Shown: positions 31,301-40,384 of the stretch, one piece after another | Layout: the number at the start of each line of letters is the position of its first letter | How positions within the stretch are numbered: the first letter of the stretch is position 1 | Assembly (NCBI GenBank): GCA_965230915.1 | Contig: OZ246395.1 | Span: forward strand, 12,019 to 76,018 | Direction of reading: 5' to 3' | Length of the DNA: 64,000 nt | From: an uncultured Candidatus Saccharibacteria bacterium | GTDB lineage: Bacteria; Patescibacteriota; WWE3; 2-01-FULL-39-13 | The notes under the pieces: model-generated | Databases searched by the model: none | Seen by the model: the letters and a program-made list of their open reading frames with translations, nothing else | Told to the model about the DNA's origin: nothing | Program-made: the position numbers and the translations under genes

Positions 31301-32226
31301 CTAACAATATCTCCTTCATTTTCTTTTTCATCGGTTGCGCTGGCATAAATTTGCCAAGGACCTTTTCCATCTGGCGATGGGTCTTGATGTCCTATAACTT
31401 GGCCTCTATATAAAGTCTGGTCTGTTTTAATCGGGCCAACGCATTGGCTTTCACCTGTTCCACCGGCGCTTGTTAGCAAAGCACAAACTTTTACGTTGTT
31501 AACTTTTGGAGCCGTTGCAGTAACTTTATTTGTAATACTTGAGCCACGTCCAAATCCGATCCAGCCATAATCTTTTGCATATAAGAATGTTTCACCTTTT
31601 CCATTACCTTCTAGGATTTGAACTTCAACAACATCACTTATCGTTCCGAGTGATCCTCCAACGTTGTAAGTATCGTAGTGGCGATTGAATTTCATCGCGA
31701 ATCCGGTGTAACCGGTAAATGGAGCATTACATCTTGAACAATTTAATCCGTCTTTCTTGAATCCGACAATTGTATGGTCTGACGTCATTACATCGCCTTC
31801 GCACATATTTCTTTTTATCCATTTAGCCGGAGCATAGCTGGCTAAATCGACAGTGTTAGGGTCAACATTTCCTGCAACCATTGTGAAACCTGCATCAAAG
31901 CCTTCGCATTGAACATTTCCGTTTTCGGTTGCCCATGAAGTATCTCTCAAGTGATAAATATAATTTGCGTCATATGCGAATTCTTCATAAACTTCACCGG
32001 TAGCGTTTTTAACTATATAGAAGCCAGGCATTCCCATTACGGTGCTTTGCACGTTATAGAATCTTTCTCCACTGCTGATTAAATTCGCACTGCCCTGACC
32101 AGAAGGGTTAAAGTAATCAAGCATATCAACACAAGTTTGGGCATAGCTTTTTGTAGGGGCAATTAGCGCAGCCGCAAAAATTGCGAGTACGATTATTAAA
32201 TTTTTAGATCTAATAAAATAATTCAT
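28381..32226 (-). CDS. giant (1281 aa) secreted Cys-rich protein with weak C-terminal SLT/lysozyme-like motifs
   Basis: Signal peptide MNYFIRSKNLIIVLAIFAAALIAPTKSYA; more than 50 Cys spread along the chain; a C-terminal segment (about 28700-29080) has E...S..TATGPFQI and GLFQM motifs reminiscent of lytic transglycosylases. Confidence 0.55.
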   Translation of the reverse strand: MNYFIRSKNLIIVLAIFAAALIAPTKSYAQTCVDMLDYFNPSGQGSANLISSGERFYNVQSTVMGMPGFYIVKNATGEVYEEFAYDANYIYHLRDTSWATENGNVQCEGFDAGFTMVAGNVDPNTVDLASYAPAKWIKRNMCEGDVMTSDHTIVGFKKDGLNCSRCNAPFTGYTGFAMKFNRHYDTYNVGGSLGTISDVVEVQILEGNGKGETFLYAKDYGWIGFGRGSSITNKVTATAPKVNNVKVCALLTSAGGTGESQCVGPIKTDQTLYRGQVIGHQDPSPDGKGPWQIYASATDEKENEGDIVSAVVTERIVIAPTKYWSTDFSTMTQKYIGSLAATNDDFINNKAIAQYKPSTITPRSLPLYITSHIPGFIYQGGLEIQAQPEKQGTTETYAAFQARVYPSQDGIKPGRKSTIDNLAFNQAFIGCLQSSVCDPSTGEECLKNDKSGEKCGPGDPPEACIGMGHLIKFSMNEADKIKLLEPADRQAMDKVLWDFSAAVVKKPGDTVPIGRSTILATSLEDYYAQEQQLLAKQNADQNKNTQSYIADVVLKTPTDSDEEIGTSYSLDNINPVNPKQAQAQAAPPYEEAQPYCQGAHILIENKTAENQFSVKVWNGQPECPQPVDWGYYIEYWVTDKTTGQSTQISTCGNPNGGNLHKSAGLPIYNPNGNDGEKYGVPIETLPGCSIPVTPRELAENKMELKVHFQITNSSAPYSDNPNCTQRPVCTCPNEGACGIVDDRPPPPIDCTKCETWAPGGECATMDAEDLLEVTDDPNCEKGFCQTGNQTFRLAKDIEDKEDISISVGNIFSDFIKSLYAAGAKLFNYHCEKDEEEGYTDINGVYHEGDEKWSCTFGERQYLLYGYVPSRFMGKLNQNRSNYDFQVFQGLYKVPGVSDSYFDPKPSKHELELKLSLGGISGSNASGNNTTPNCGSNPLSNALARFGLGGPQDCLDLSISGSDTRSMYIEYTDHFSQAAQYCLSEAAGSLPSDFPTRAIGLCEPFLSSLRGGGNFFSSAPGSNNISGDTLKQIENVGLDSGVPARLIAVILDIEGGGSLNSCSRNSVTATGPFQITDDTVFDITDPTEQKNWNIQRWAAGTPQSEYRKDGRCNPQVAPTLAARVLKQKAGVDYRNGTISESNFDAVKRALRGYYGSCRPDEFTEGRWGANIGYCDYGLFQMGLRQYCTGGQLSSTCDNEGTAPITKEKSPTQMVAQTVMTPVKTKVDPEVIQAEIAADLEEILNRYSAKGNFTMETPIDQMPKGFKEEVENLQKTYREKYDL

Positions 32227-33251
32227 TATCTTTTTATGGCTTCTAACATTAGGTATCCCGTTCCTGATCGGTTTCCTGAGACTCTAACATTTGCTTCTAA
32301 AATGTATACAGGAACAATATAATTATCAACCGCAAGGTAAGCAATGTGACCGCGCACAATATTTATAGATTCAATAGGATCTCCGATCGGATAAGTTCCA
32401 TTAACTAACTTAGCTTTTGTATTTTCGGTTTGAAGATCTCTTCTTATTTCATTTGTATCTAATAGTTCGTAGTCACCGACCGAACTCCCAATAGTTCCTG
32501 ATGCCTCATAATATAATCTTGAGATGTCACCCTTACTATTTAGCCAGATGGTAATTGTATTTGGAACTAAGCTCGATTCCTTATCAATAATAGGGAGGTC
32601 TTTCACCCTGGCTTGATATTTAAGTTGAATTAAATTTGCTCCACGGGCCTGATCTGTTAATTCAGGGTGGTCAGAAGTCGCTATCACATAAGAATTTTCG
32701 AAATATTCATACGTTGTATTTGGTAATTCGAGTTTTCTAATAAAATCTTCGGCACTTTGCTTGTAAAGATCTATATTGGCCGAAACAGCAAAATTTGTAT
32801 TCTCTGATTCTGACTGAACAGCCAAATCGGTATAAGTTAATTCGCCTATTGATGGATAAACAACCAAGTTCTTTTGTCCTTCGCTGGCTAAAATTACCCT
32901 TCTGAGTTCAGCATCATTTGAAGTGGAAACTTTAGTTAACCCCAATTTATTCGGAAGTCCATCTGCAAAATCCTCGGGAAAATTATTAGCAGGATTAAAT
33001 TCATACATTGGTAGACGATCATAGAATGGAGCTGTTAACGAAAAATCAGGTGACACATTAAATTTGGTATTCGGGGTCGTAACAGTTTGAGATGGGTCTG
33101 GCTTTAATTTATCCTCGATTTTAACATCGGCCAATGGATAAGGCGCAGAAGTTTGGTTCAAAATTTCATCGCGTGCAATTTGGTACAACAAATATCCCAT
33201 GATTGCGATGATTATTATAAATGTAATTGTTAGTATTAATTTTCTAGTCAT
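32226..33251 (-). CDS. membrane-anchored extracytoplasmic protein (341 aa), hypothetical
   Basis: N-terminal TM LILTITFIIIIAIMGYLLY; the internal ATG at 33249-33251 abuts the upstream stop at 33253 (coupled); its stop overlaps the downstream start (ATGA at 32226). Confidence 0.45.
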   Translation of the reverse strand: MTRKLILTITFIIIIAIMGYLLYQIARDEILNQTSAPYPLADVKIEDKLKPDPSQTVTTPNTKFNVSPDFSLTAPFYDRLPMYEFNPANNFPEDFADGLPNKLGLTKVSTSNDAELRRVILASEGQKNLVVYPSIGELTYTDLAVQSESENTNFAVSANIDLYKQSAEDFIRKLELPNTTYEYFENSYVIATSDHPELTDQARGANLIQLKYQARVKDLPIIDKESSLVPNTITIWLNSKGDISRLYYEASGTIGSSVGDYELLDTNEIRRDLQTENTKAKLVNGTYPIGDPIESINIVRGHIAYLAVDNYIVPVYILEANVRVSGNRSGTGYLMLEAIKR

Positions 33252-33252
33252 A

Positions 33253-36200
33253 TTATCTCGACATATTACACGAAGCCGACCCCACACATGATTTTGGAAC
33301 GTTCTCCGGAATATATGAGCCAGGTTCTGGCGTGTCACTGTATCTAATTAATCTTAATGGTTTCCCTGGTCCAAGACATTCAACACTTGTGTTTACAAAT
33401 TCGTAGTGTAAGTGAGGTCCTGTTGAATTTCCCGATGTGCCCATTTCTCCAATTATCTGATTGGCTTCTATTTGTTGGCCAGTACTTACGGCTATTGAAG
33501 ACATATGGCCATATATAGTAGCAAAGCCTAATGGAGATATAACTTTTACATAATGGCCATATCCATCTGGATCATCGCCTCTGAAAGCTGTTCCATTATG
33601 GGTAGCTTTTATAGCTTGTCCTATACCCGAGGCCATGTCCAAAGCTTCTGCATTTTTATGGCTGTCATATGTATATGCTGTTTGAGTCAATGTAAAAGGT
33701 TGTGTCGGCCATCCTGCGGGACAAACCGAACAGCCACCTGCTCCAAATTTTGTACTTACCGATGCCTCGCCCTTTTTACCAGGGTCTTCTTCAACTGTTA
33801 CTTCTATATTGTTTAGATAAGTTCCATCCGTTGTTAAAATGTTTTCTAAGATAAATGGGGGAAGAGTTAATATTTGTCCCGGTTGAATTGTTCGTGACGG
33901 CAAATCTCCAAGATTTGGGAGGGCAACTTTTCCATAAGTAGCGTCTGATGTAACTTCAACAATACCTCCTCCGCTTGCGCATGATTTCGAATATAAAAGA
34001 GTATCGGTAAAGCCATCAATATTTAGAGGAATTGGATTTGGTGCATTTGTTGCCTCATCTATTGCCGTATCAGTAATGTTTCTAATTGTGATTGTGTATT
34101 CAATTCCGCTTCCGTTAGAAACCTGTCTGGCTGTTTTTGTAACCTGAAATTTTTTCGAGCTAATAACATCTGAATATGCGCCGCCTCCGGTTGACGGTTC
34201 CATCGGCGCCATCATTGCGATAATTCCTATTACAAAAATCATAGGGATGATAAAGCAAGAACATCCCCCAAGAACAATTCCTAATACAACACGGCTGACT
34301 GTACGAAGTTTCGCCATGAGCATTTCCCACGATGACTTGAATGCAAAAGAGAATTTTCCCTGCAGAATCTTTGATGTAAAATTCCAAACGACATCGCCAA
34401 CAGCAGCTAGTATGTAGCTGATTCCCCCGGTTACAATACCGGCCGAATTTGAAAGTATAAAGCCTAGGCTTTTTAGAACTACAGGACTCAAAAACTTTGT
34501 TAATGTTTTTGCAACAACGCTGGTTGCTATAGTCGGATTCGCGCCAAGGCCAGAGAATTTTGTACCAATACCTGTAAGGAATTTTACAAAGCCCCATTTT
34601 TCAACAGCACCCATTAAAAGTGTCTCGTCGCCAAAGCCGGAATTACGTAAAAGATCTTTGAAAGGTTCGAAGATCTTAACGGCAGTTTTAATTAATGCAT
34701 TATTGCCAGCGTATCCTCCCCAAAGAATTTCGCGGTATAAGAAGGTGTACATCGCATTTGCTGTACGGTTGTATTTATTTAATAAACCTGCAAAAGGTGC
34801 TGTAAATTGTTTTACTTTTCCTTCTTTTACAATTCTCGCTAAGAATTCAAAGCGATCAGCTAAACCTAGTGCAAATGAACCTGGATGATTGTTGGGATCA
34901 GATAAATATTCTAATAAGGCAAAACCTCCGGCATTCGGTGTATTCAAGTTTGTAATGTTTTGGCTAAGTTTTCCAACCTTCTCGGCTGTAGTTAGTCCTA
35001 ATCCTTCTGCCAATATTTCGAAACTTGTTGTAGGTACGTTGCCTGCAACAATCGAATTGCCAGCATTTCTAAGTTCGTCCATGAAGTTTCTTGCACGGTC
35101 GAGGTCGGCCAAAAGGTAGTCTGGGTCAAAATCTGCAATATTTGCAAAACCACAATCTAATAATAATTGGCCACCCGCGCCTGTAGATTTTCCCCATGAC
35201 TTATCTAAAACATCATATAAGCTGTAGTCCCCAAAAAGACCGTTAGATTTTTGTAGGCCGAAGCCGCTGGTAACTGCGGGTGCTCCATCTGGTACGATTT
35301 TTATTGCCGTTTGTGTCCATTGCGCATTGTTTGTTGGCCCTTGTCTCCAGCTTACGTATGTTTCGGCTTCGAATAATTTTTTCGGAGCGAGTCTTGAAAT
35401 TAGTTTTAAATCTTTAAGTTCGCCGGCTTCAAATGCAAGTCCGGTTGCTGTACCAATAAAGCCATTAAGCTTTCTTGTATTTCCAATAATATTAATTTTA
35501 TCGAGGTATTTTACATATTCGCTGACTGTTCCCCATCTAGGGTCTGTGAAGGGTAGGACGTTAAGCATTTTACTCGAAAGCAAAACGACTTCTATGAATT
35601 TTTTGCTTTCAATACTTTCTAATATTTCTTTTGTGGTAGATGCAAAGAACAAATTGTTAGCAATTTTCGATGACCTTGTAGCCGCCATTATTCTATCTCT
35701 TGCGATAGCTCCGGCAGAATTGATTCTTGTTGTTGCAGCCCCTACTTCGGCGTTTAATGTTGTAGGAATTCGAGTATCCGCAAAACTGACAAAAGGAGTG
35801 TCTCCTGGGATAGCGTATAAACTATTGAATTTAGCAAGTTCCGCTTCTCCTACGATTGTTTTTGCCGCATTGCTAATTCCGGCAAGAACTTCTGGCTGGT
35901 GCAATTTCGCCTGCAATTCAGCCTCAAGTGCTCGTTGAGTTTTTAATCTATCTAAATATCCCTTTTTTAAAAGTTGCTTTTCGCTTTCAAGAACAATACG
36001 AGGCCTGGGTGGTTGAGGTGTACCTGGTGGAGAACCTGCTGGTATAGCTGGTCTTGGTGCTGCTAAATTAGGAACGCTAAATAAATTGGCGTCGCTAAGT
36101 TGAGGAACATCTAGCTCGAATGCACTTGCGAATTCTGCACCTGCGGCATCTTTTAATTTTTCCTGATATAGACCTTGGTTTACAAACTCGCTTCTTAAAA

Positions 36201-37233
36201 ATGCTTTTGAAAATTCCTTGTTTTCGCCGGTTAGGTTATCCCAGATAGCATTTTGTTTTGCCGTCGCAGTTGCTGCATCTCCTAAGCCTAGGGCTTTTCT
36301 TAATTTTGCATCGTTGTTAAGGATATCGTTAAATGCATCATTTGCGTTTGTGATTCCATGTAAAGCGGCTTGCTCCTGGAATGTTTGTGAAAATGCTCCT
36401 TTGGATTCATAAATGCCAGGTCTGCCTGTTGCAGGATTTATTCCGCGTCTTTCTTTAACCTTTAATACGTCGTCTAAATTTATTCCAAGTTCACTGGCAA
36501 CAGCCCTGTTATAAGCAGTAATACTGCCTGTGTGATAAATGGAACGTGGGGTTGCACTTTCCATGTACCCTGACAACGCAGTTAGTTGTCCTGATAAATC
36601 TCTGTAGGCTTTATAACTTGCTTCACGGTTCGTACCCTGCTCCCAAACTTGCCTGTCTTCGTATCTGTCAGCTCCAATTGCTTGAACTAGTTTTATTTTT
36701 GATTGTGGACCTCCAATGCCGCCGACATCGACAAGGTCTTCCGTATCAACAACGCTAATTCCCAGGCCTTTAGCCACTCGAGTTCCTAAATTTTGTGGCT
36801 TAAGAACTTCTGACCCTTTAACTGTTGTTAAGTTACCTTTTGTTAATGCTTCAAGTACGTCGCTTCGTCGGTCGCCGGCAAGCTCATCAAGGTTCATGAT
36901 ATCGTTGCGAGTTTGTTGATTTAGCTTTTGTAATGTCTGTAGTGGCTCACTTATGAGTTTCGTTAAATCAACCTTTGTATTAACGCCTTTTACATCTAAT
37001 AATGCTTCCTGGCCCCCGGCAACAAAGGTGCTAATGATTGCTTCATCGACTTCATCTGAAATAGTGGCTCTTACCTGAAGGGTAGTTAAGTTTTGTTTGA
37101 AATCTTTGTCGTAAAAGCCAATTACATCTTTTACAATTCGATCCTTTATAGATCTTGGAACATCAATCGGAGCTCTATAAAATTCTTTTACAAAACTTCT
37201 TAATGTTAAATCGTCATTTTTTGGTGGCGGCAT
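33253..37233 (-). CDS. giant (1326 aa) protein with internal TM cluster and C-terminal M23/LytM metallopeptidase domain
   Basis: No signal peptide; hydrophilic N-terminal region of about 900 aa; 3-4 TM helices near residues 930-1010; C-terminus HNGTAFRGDDPDGYGHY...GTSGNSTGPHLHYEF (HxxxD and HxH zinc ligands). Confidence 0.6.
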   Translation of the reverse strand: MPPPKNDDLTLRSFVKEFYRAPIDVPRSIKDRIVKDVIGFYDKDFKQNLTTLQVRATISDEVDEAIISTFVAGGQEALLDVKGVNTKVDLTKLISEPLQTLQKLNQQTRNDIMNLDELAGDRRSDVLEALTKGNLTTVKGSEVLKPQNLGTRVAKGLGISVVDTEDLVDVGGIGGPQSKIKLVQAIGADRYEDRQVWEQGTNREASYKAYRDLSGQLTALSGYMESATPRSIYHTGSITAYNRAVASELGINLDDVLKVKERRGINPATGRPGIYESKGAFSQTFQEQAALHGITNANDAFNDILNNDAKLRKALGLGDAATATAKQNAIWDNLTGENKEFSKAFLRSEFVNQGLYQEKLKDAAGAEFASAFELDVPQLSDANLFSVPNLAAPRPAIPAGSPPGTPQPPRPRIVLESEKQLLKKGYLDRLKTQRALEAELQAKLHQPEVLAGISNAAKTIVGEAELAKFNSLYAIPGDTPFVSFADTRIPTTLNAEVGAATTRINSAGAIARDRIMAATRSSKIANNLFFASTTKEILESIESKKFIEVVLLSSKMLNVLPFTDPRWGTVSEYVKYLDKINIIGNTRKLNGFIGTATGLAFEAGELKDLKLISRLAPKKLFEAETYVSWRQGPTNNAQWTQTAIKIVPDGAPAVTSGFGLQKSNGLFGDYSLYDVLDKSWGKSTGAGGQLLLDCGFANIADFDPDYLLADLDRARNFMDELRNAGNSIVAGNVPTTSFEILAEGLGLTTAEKVGKLSQNITNLNTPNAGGFALLEYLSDPNNHPGSFALGLADRFEFLARIVKEGKVKQFTAPFAGLLNKYNRTANAMYTFLYREILWGGYAGNNALIKTAVKIFEPFKDLLRNSGFGDETLLMGAVEKWGFVKFLTGIGTKFSGLGANPTIATSVVAKTLTKFLSPVVLKSLGFILSNSAGIVTGGISYILAAVGDVVWNFTSKILQGKFSFAFKSSWEMLMAKLRTVSRVVLGIVLGGCSCFIIPMIFVIGIIAMMAPMEPSTGGGAYSDVISSKKFQVTKTARQVSNGSGIEYTITIRNITDTAIDEATNAPNPIPLNIDGFTDTLLYSKSCASGGGIVEVTSDATYGKVALPNLGDLPSRTIQPGQILTLPPFILENILTTDGTYLNNIEVTVEEDPGKKGEASVSTKFGAGGCSVCPAGWPTQPFTLTQTAYTYDSHKNAEALDMASGIGQAIKATHNGTAFRGDDPDGYGHYVKVISPLGFATIYGHMSSIAVSTGQQIEANQIIGEMGTSGNSTGPHLHYEFVNTSVECLGPGKPLRLIRYSDTPEPGSYIPENVPKSCVGSASCNMSR

Positions 37234-37281
37234 GTGTTATATTAATTGATTAAAGTATACATGTATGATTTAATTATTACG

Positions 37282-38649
37282 ATGAAATTTTACACAAAGG
37301 CGAAACATATAATTGTAACAGCTTTGATATTTTTTACCATTTTTTCATTTGTATTTCCTGTTATTGTTAGCGCGCAATCAGAAGACGATGTTTTTTACCC
37401 CGGGCTAGGCCGTATAGGTGAACAACTTTCAATGAGATATTGGGCGAAAACATTTGTTATGGGGACTGCAGTTGACGTTACTTTAGCAATTGCATGCGGA
37501 GGAGAAAACGATAAAGAAAATACATGGGGAACTCCAAATGGTGCAGAAAATTGTGTCCCTCCGATTGAACGTGTAAGCGCAAGTTTGCAGGGTGACCAAC
37601 CCAGAATGATGGGAGGACTTGCTTCTGTAAGTGCCTTAGCGATGGACTATAGCGTTAACGAGCCAATGATTCCAACAGACATGGCGTTATTTTTAGATGA
37701 TACATTCGATCAAACTCTATTTTCATCACCATCATATGCACAGAACTTACCAGAGAATTTATCTAAACCAGATGAATTTTTTCAATCAGCTACATACACA
37801 CTTTGGAAAAGCGCCAGAAATATAGCACTAGGGCTATTAGGTGTGTTATTAGGAATTGCAGGACTTAGCATTTTATTCAGAAGTAAACTTAGCCCACAGG
37901 TTACAGTTACTGTTGCAAATGTTTTACCTTATTTGCCACTCTCAATTATTGGTATCGTTTTATCGTATCCAATAATTGCAGTTATATTTAATTTATTAGA
38001 GCCATTATTATCAATTGCTTGGGCATTAGGAGCTGGAATTGTTGTAGAGCTATCTGTTGGTGCGGTTGATACATCAAGAGGTGTTTATGCTTTAGTTGGG
38101 CAATCATTTAAAGCTCTTCTAAGCCCTATGACTTGGTTAGGTGTAAGTAATATTGCAACAATTTCTTTTATTTTAGTCTTGATCATGCTTGTCGCATTGG
38201 TCATGGTTTTAATCGCTACCGCCAGATATATCTTTGAATATGCTAAAACAATGGTTCTTTTTGTTTTTTACGTTATAGCTTTTCCATTGCTTTCAGCAAT
38301 CGCAATCTTGCCAGGTAAACAGAATTTATTTTCTGTATTATTCAAGAAAGTTTTGGCCAATTTATTAGCCTTGCCGATAATGACCTTATTTACTCTAATT
38401 GGTCTTGGGTTTATCGCTTCTATACTTCCAGCTGTTCAAAGCGGAGCTTCAACCGGTTTACTTGGGTTAGAATACATTAGTGTTGGAGGAAATATATTTG
38501 CAGCCATTGTTAGATTCGCAATCGGTTGGGGAATAGTATGGAATTCATTTAAAGCTAGAAAAATGTTAGAAGACTTCTTTGGTGCAGGCGGATCATTGGC
38601 ATCAACCTTCCAAGGTGGCGGATCATCAGGCCCTCCAGGAAAGAAATAA
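37282..38649 (+). CDS. polytopic (about 8 TM) membrane protein with signal peptide and extracytoplasmic N-domain, VirB6/TrbL-like candidate
   Basis: Signal MKFYTKAKHIIVTALIFFTIFSFVFPVIVSAQS; extracytoplasmic domain of about 120 aa, then multiple TM; Gly-rich tail. The ORF-track start at 37246 leaves only 12 bp to the divergent gene, so the ATG at 37282 is preferred. Confidence 0.4.
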   Translation: MKFYTKAKHIIVTALIFFTIFSFVFPVIVSAQSEDDVFYPGLGRIGEQLSMRYWAKTFVMGTAVDVTLAIACGGENDKENTWGTPNGAENCVPPIERVSASLQGDQPRMMGGLASVSALAMDYSVNEPMIPTDMALFLDDTFDQTLFSSPSYAQNLPENLSKPDEFFQSATYTLWKSARNIALGLLGVLLGIAGLSILFRSKLSPQVTVTVANVLPYLPLSIIGIVLSYPIIAVIFNLLEPLLSIAWALGAGIVVELSVGAVDTSRGVYALVGQSFKALLSPMTWLGVSNIATISFILVLIMLVALVMVLIATARYIFEYAKTMVLFVFYVIAFPLLSAIAILPGKQNLFSVLFKKVLANLLALPIMTLFTLIGLGFIASILPAVQSGASTGLLGLEYISVGGNIFAAIVRFAIGWGIVWNSFKARKMLEDFFGAGGSLASTFQGGGSSGPPGKK

Positions 38650-38697
38650 CCTATCCTAACCTAAATAATCTTTTTATAAATATAAAGTTGAAGTAAA

Positions 38698-39093
38698 TTA
38701 GAGTGTATCGTTGACGAAAGTGCTTAGTGCGTCTAACCAGAATTGAACATTTCCCAATCCAAAGAATGCTAAGAAAAGGTTTAGTAAAAATCCACCACCA
38801 CCTATTACAACAAAGGCTAACAGCAGAGTATACGGCCACTGATGTGCCAGTTCTTCTAAAACACTAGAGTTTTCTCGGTTCATTGCAGTTTTGTATATCA
38901 AAAACATTGAGATAATTATTGCGACGGCAACCAATATGATTTGGAATGTGGTCCATGCTTTTGGAACAGCACAATTTATGTAGCTTCCAACGTCGAAGTA
39001 ATATCCTGAATCTGCGGGTAAATTCCACCCGTCTGTACCTGTATATGAGGCGCCAGAATCATTAATATATGAAGTGTTATAACAATCCGCCAT
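38698..39093 (-). CDS. VirB2/TrbC-like two-helix membrane protein (paralog 1) with small Cys-containing N-domain
   Basis: TM1 FQIILVAVAIIISMFLIY, loop KTAMNRENSSVLEELAHQWPY, TM2 TLLLAFVVIGGGGFLLNLFLAFFGL. Confidence 0.4.
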   Translation of the reverse strand: MADCYNTSYINDSGASYTGTDGWNLPADSGYYFDVGSYINCAVPKAWTTFQIILVAVAIIISMFLIYKTAMNRENSSVLEELAHQWPYTLLLAFVVIGGGGFLLNLFLAFFGLGNVQFWLDALSTFVNDTL

Positions 39094-39170
39094 AATTTTC
39101 TCTTATAATTTTAACAGATTGCCATTTAATTACTAATAGATTAAGTGTTAAAATAATAACAACTCATAAT

Positions 39171-40268
39171 ATGTACTTAACAATGCGAAAATTACTTGCA
39201 ATTTTTATATTAGCTATATCTCCGCTTTTTATTTTTTCTAACCGAGTATCAGCAAGAACAACACCAGACCCTGGCTACGGTATGGAGGCTCAATATATCG
39301 GTGAACCAGAAGTCACTCCCGAAAAAATTAAATTCAAGTTTATTGTAATGAATACTGGCAAGCTTAAATCTTGGGGCATAGATGTATATGTGGTCGGCTT
39401 TACAAGTAAGGGTTGTACTTATAGTCCTTCGCCCAATTTTAATATTGATGATCCTAATAATTCTTTTGGTTACAGTGGTCACCCTCCTACAGAATTTGAG
39501 GCAGAATGTACGATTACTACAGCTGTAGCTTCTGACCTTGATGGAGATATGTATCTCGATATATATAATGATGGAGAAGCCTGGGGGCCAAATAGTGATG
39601 TGATTATTGGCAGTAAGGCAATACAATATGATTTCGGATTTGGATCGGTAAGTTTCGACGGGTATCCAGAGGCACTAGGTGGAAATGTTTTTAAATTTAA
39701 ATTAACAGCTGGTCCTCGCGCAGTTGGTATAAATACTAATTTAGTTGTATCAAGTCCTTCGATACCTGCTTCATGGAATGGCGGGGGTGTATATAACTGT
39801 CCTGAAGTTAATTTTCCAGCATTAGGTGGAGTGGAAACAAAAGAAATTCAATGCGATTTTAACCAATTATCTCCGGGGAATTATAATATAGCAGCTGTTC
39901 TTGGTAAGCCAAGCGTCAGTGATACTGGAGGTGACACATTTGATACAACCGCGATAACCATTGTTGCCCCAGGGCAGCCACCGGTTCAACCTGGGGGCCC
40001 AGGTGGACCACCCATTGTTCCGCAATATAGTTTATTTGACTTGAATTCGTTCTTTGGACTTTTGCAAAATATAATAATTGCAATCGCTGTTGTTTCAGGT
40101 ATTTTTATTATTCCTTATGCATTTATATTAATGGCTAGTGGAAACCCTGAAAAAATTAAGCAAGGTACGGAATGGTTAAAGTCGATTTTATGGGGGTACT
40201 TGGTTGTCTTCTTAGCTGCAACCTTAATAAGATTTGTCGGAAGCGATATCTTAAGCCTCGGGATTTAA
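39171..40268 (+). CDS. secreted 365-aa protein: N-terminal extracellular domain, Pro/Gly linker, C-terminal VirB2-like hairpin (paralog 2)
   Basis: Signal peptide; beta-rich domain; GQPPVQPGGPGGPPIVPQ linker; C-terminus IIIAIAVVSGIFIIPYAFILMASGNPEKIKQGTEWLKSILWGYLVVFLAATLIRFV aligns with the loop motif of ORF 42329. Confidence 0.45.
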   Translation: MYLTMRKLLAIFILAISPLFIFSNRVSARTTPDPGYGMEAQYIGEPEVTPEKIKFKFIVMNTGKLKSWGIDVYVVGFTSKGCTYSPSPNFNIDDPNNSFGYSGHPPTEFEAECTITTAVASDLDGDMYLDIYNDGEAWGPNSDVIIGSKAIQYDFGFGSVSFDGYPEALGGNVFKFKLTAGPRAVGINTNLVVSSPSIPASWNGGGVYNCPEVNFPALGGVETKEIQCDFNQLSPGNYNIAAVLGKPSVSDTGGDTFDTTAITIVAPGQPPVQPGGPGGPPIVPQYSLFDLNSFFGLLQNIIIAIAVVSGIFIIPYAFILMASGNPEKIKQGTEWLKSILWGYLVVFLAATLIRFVGSDILSLGI

Positions 40269-40384
40269 CTGAATTTACCAAATTATTTTTCCAAAAAGGT
40301 CCTCGGCTATATTGTCTTCGACAGATTATTAGACTGCGAAATTTTTTGTCAAAATAATTTGGTAAATTCACACAGCTGGCTTGC

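Noticed and set aside
33553-36919. Plus-strand ORFs (33553..33816, 34658..35119, 35327..35938, 36218..36412, 36546..36919) and minus 34160..34597 inside the 1326-aa gene
   Set aside because: Shadow ORFs; the long minus-strand frame carries a convincing M23 domain and continuous codon usage
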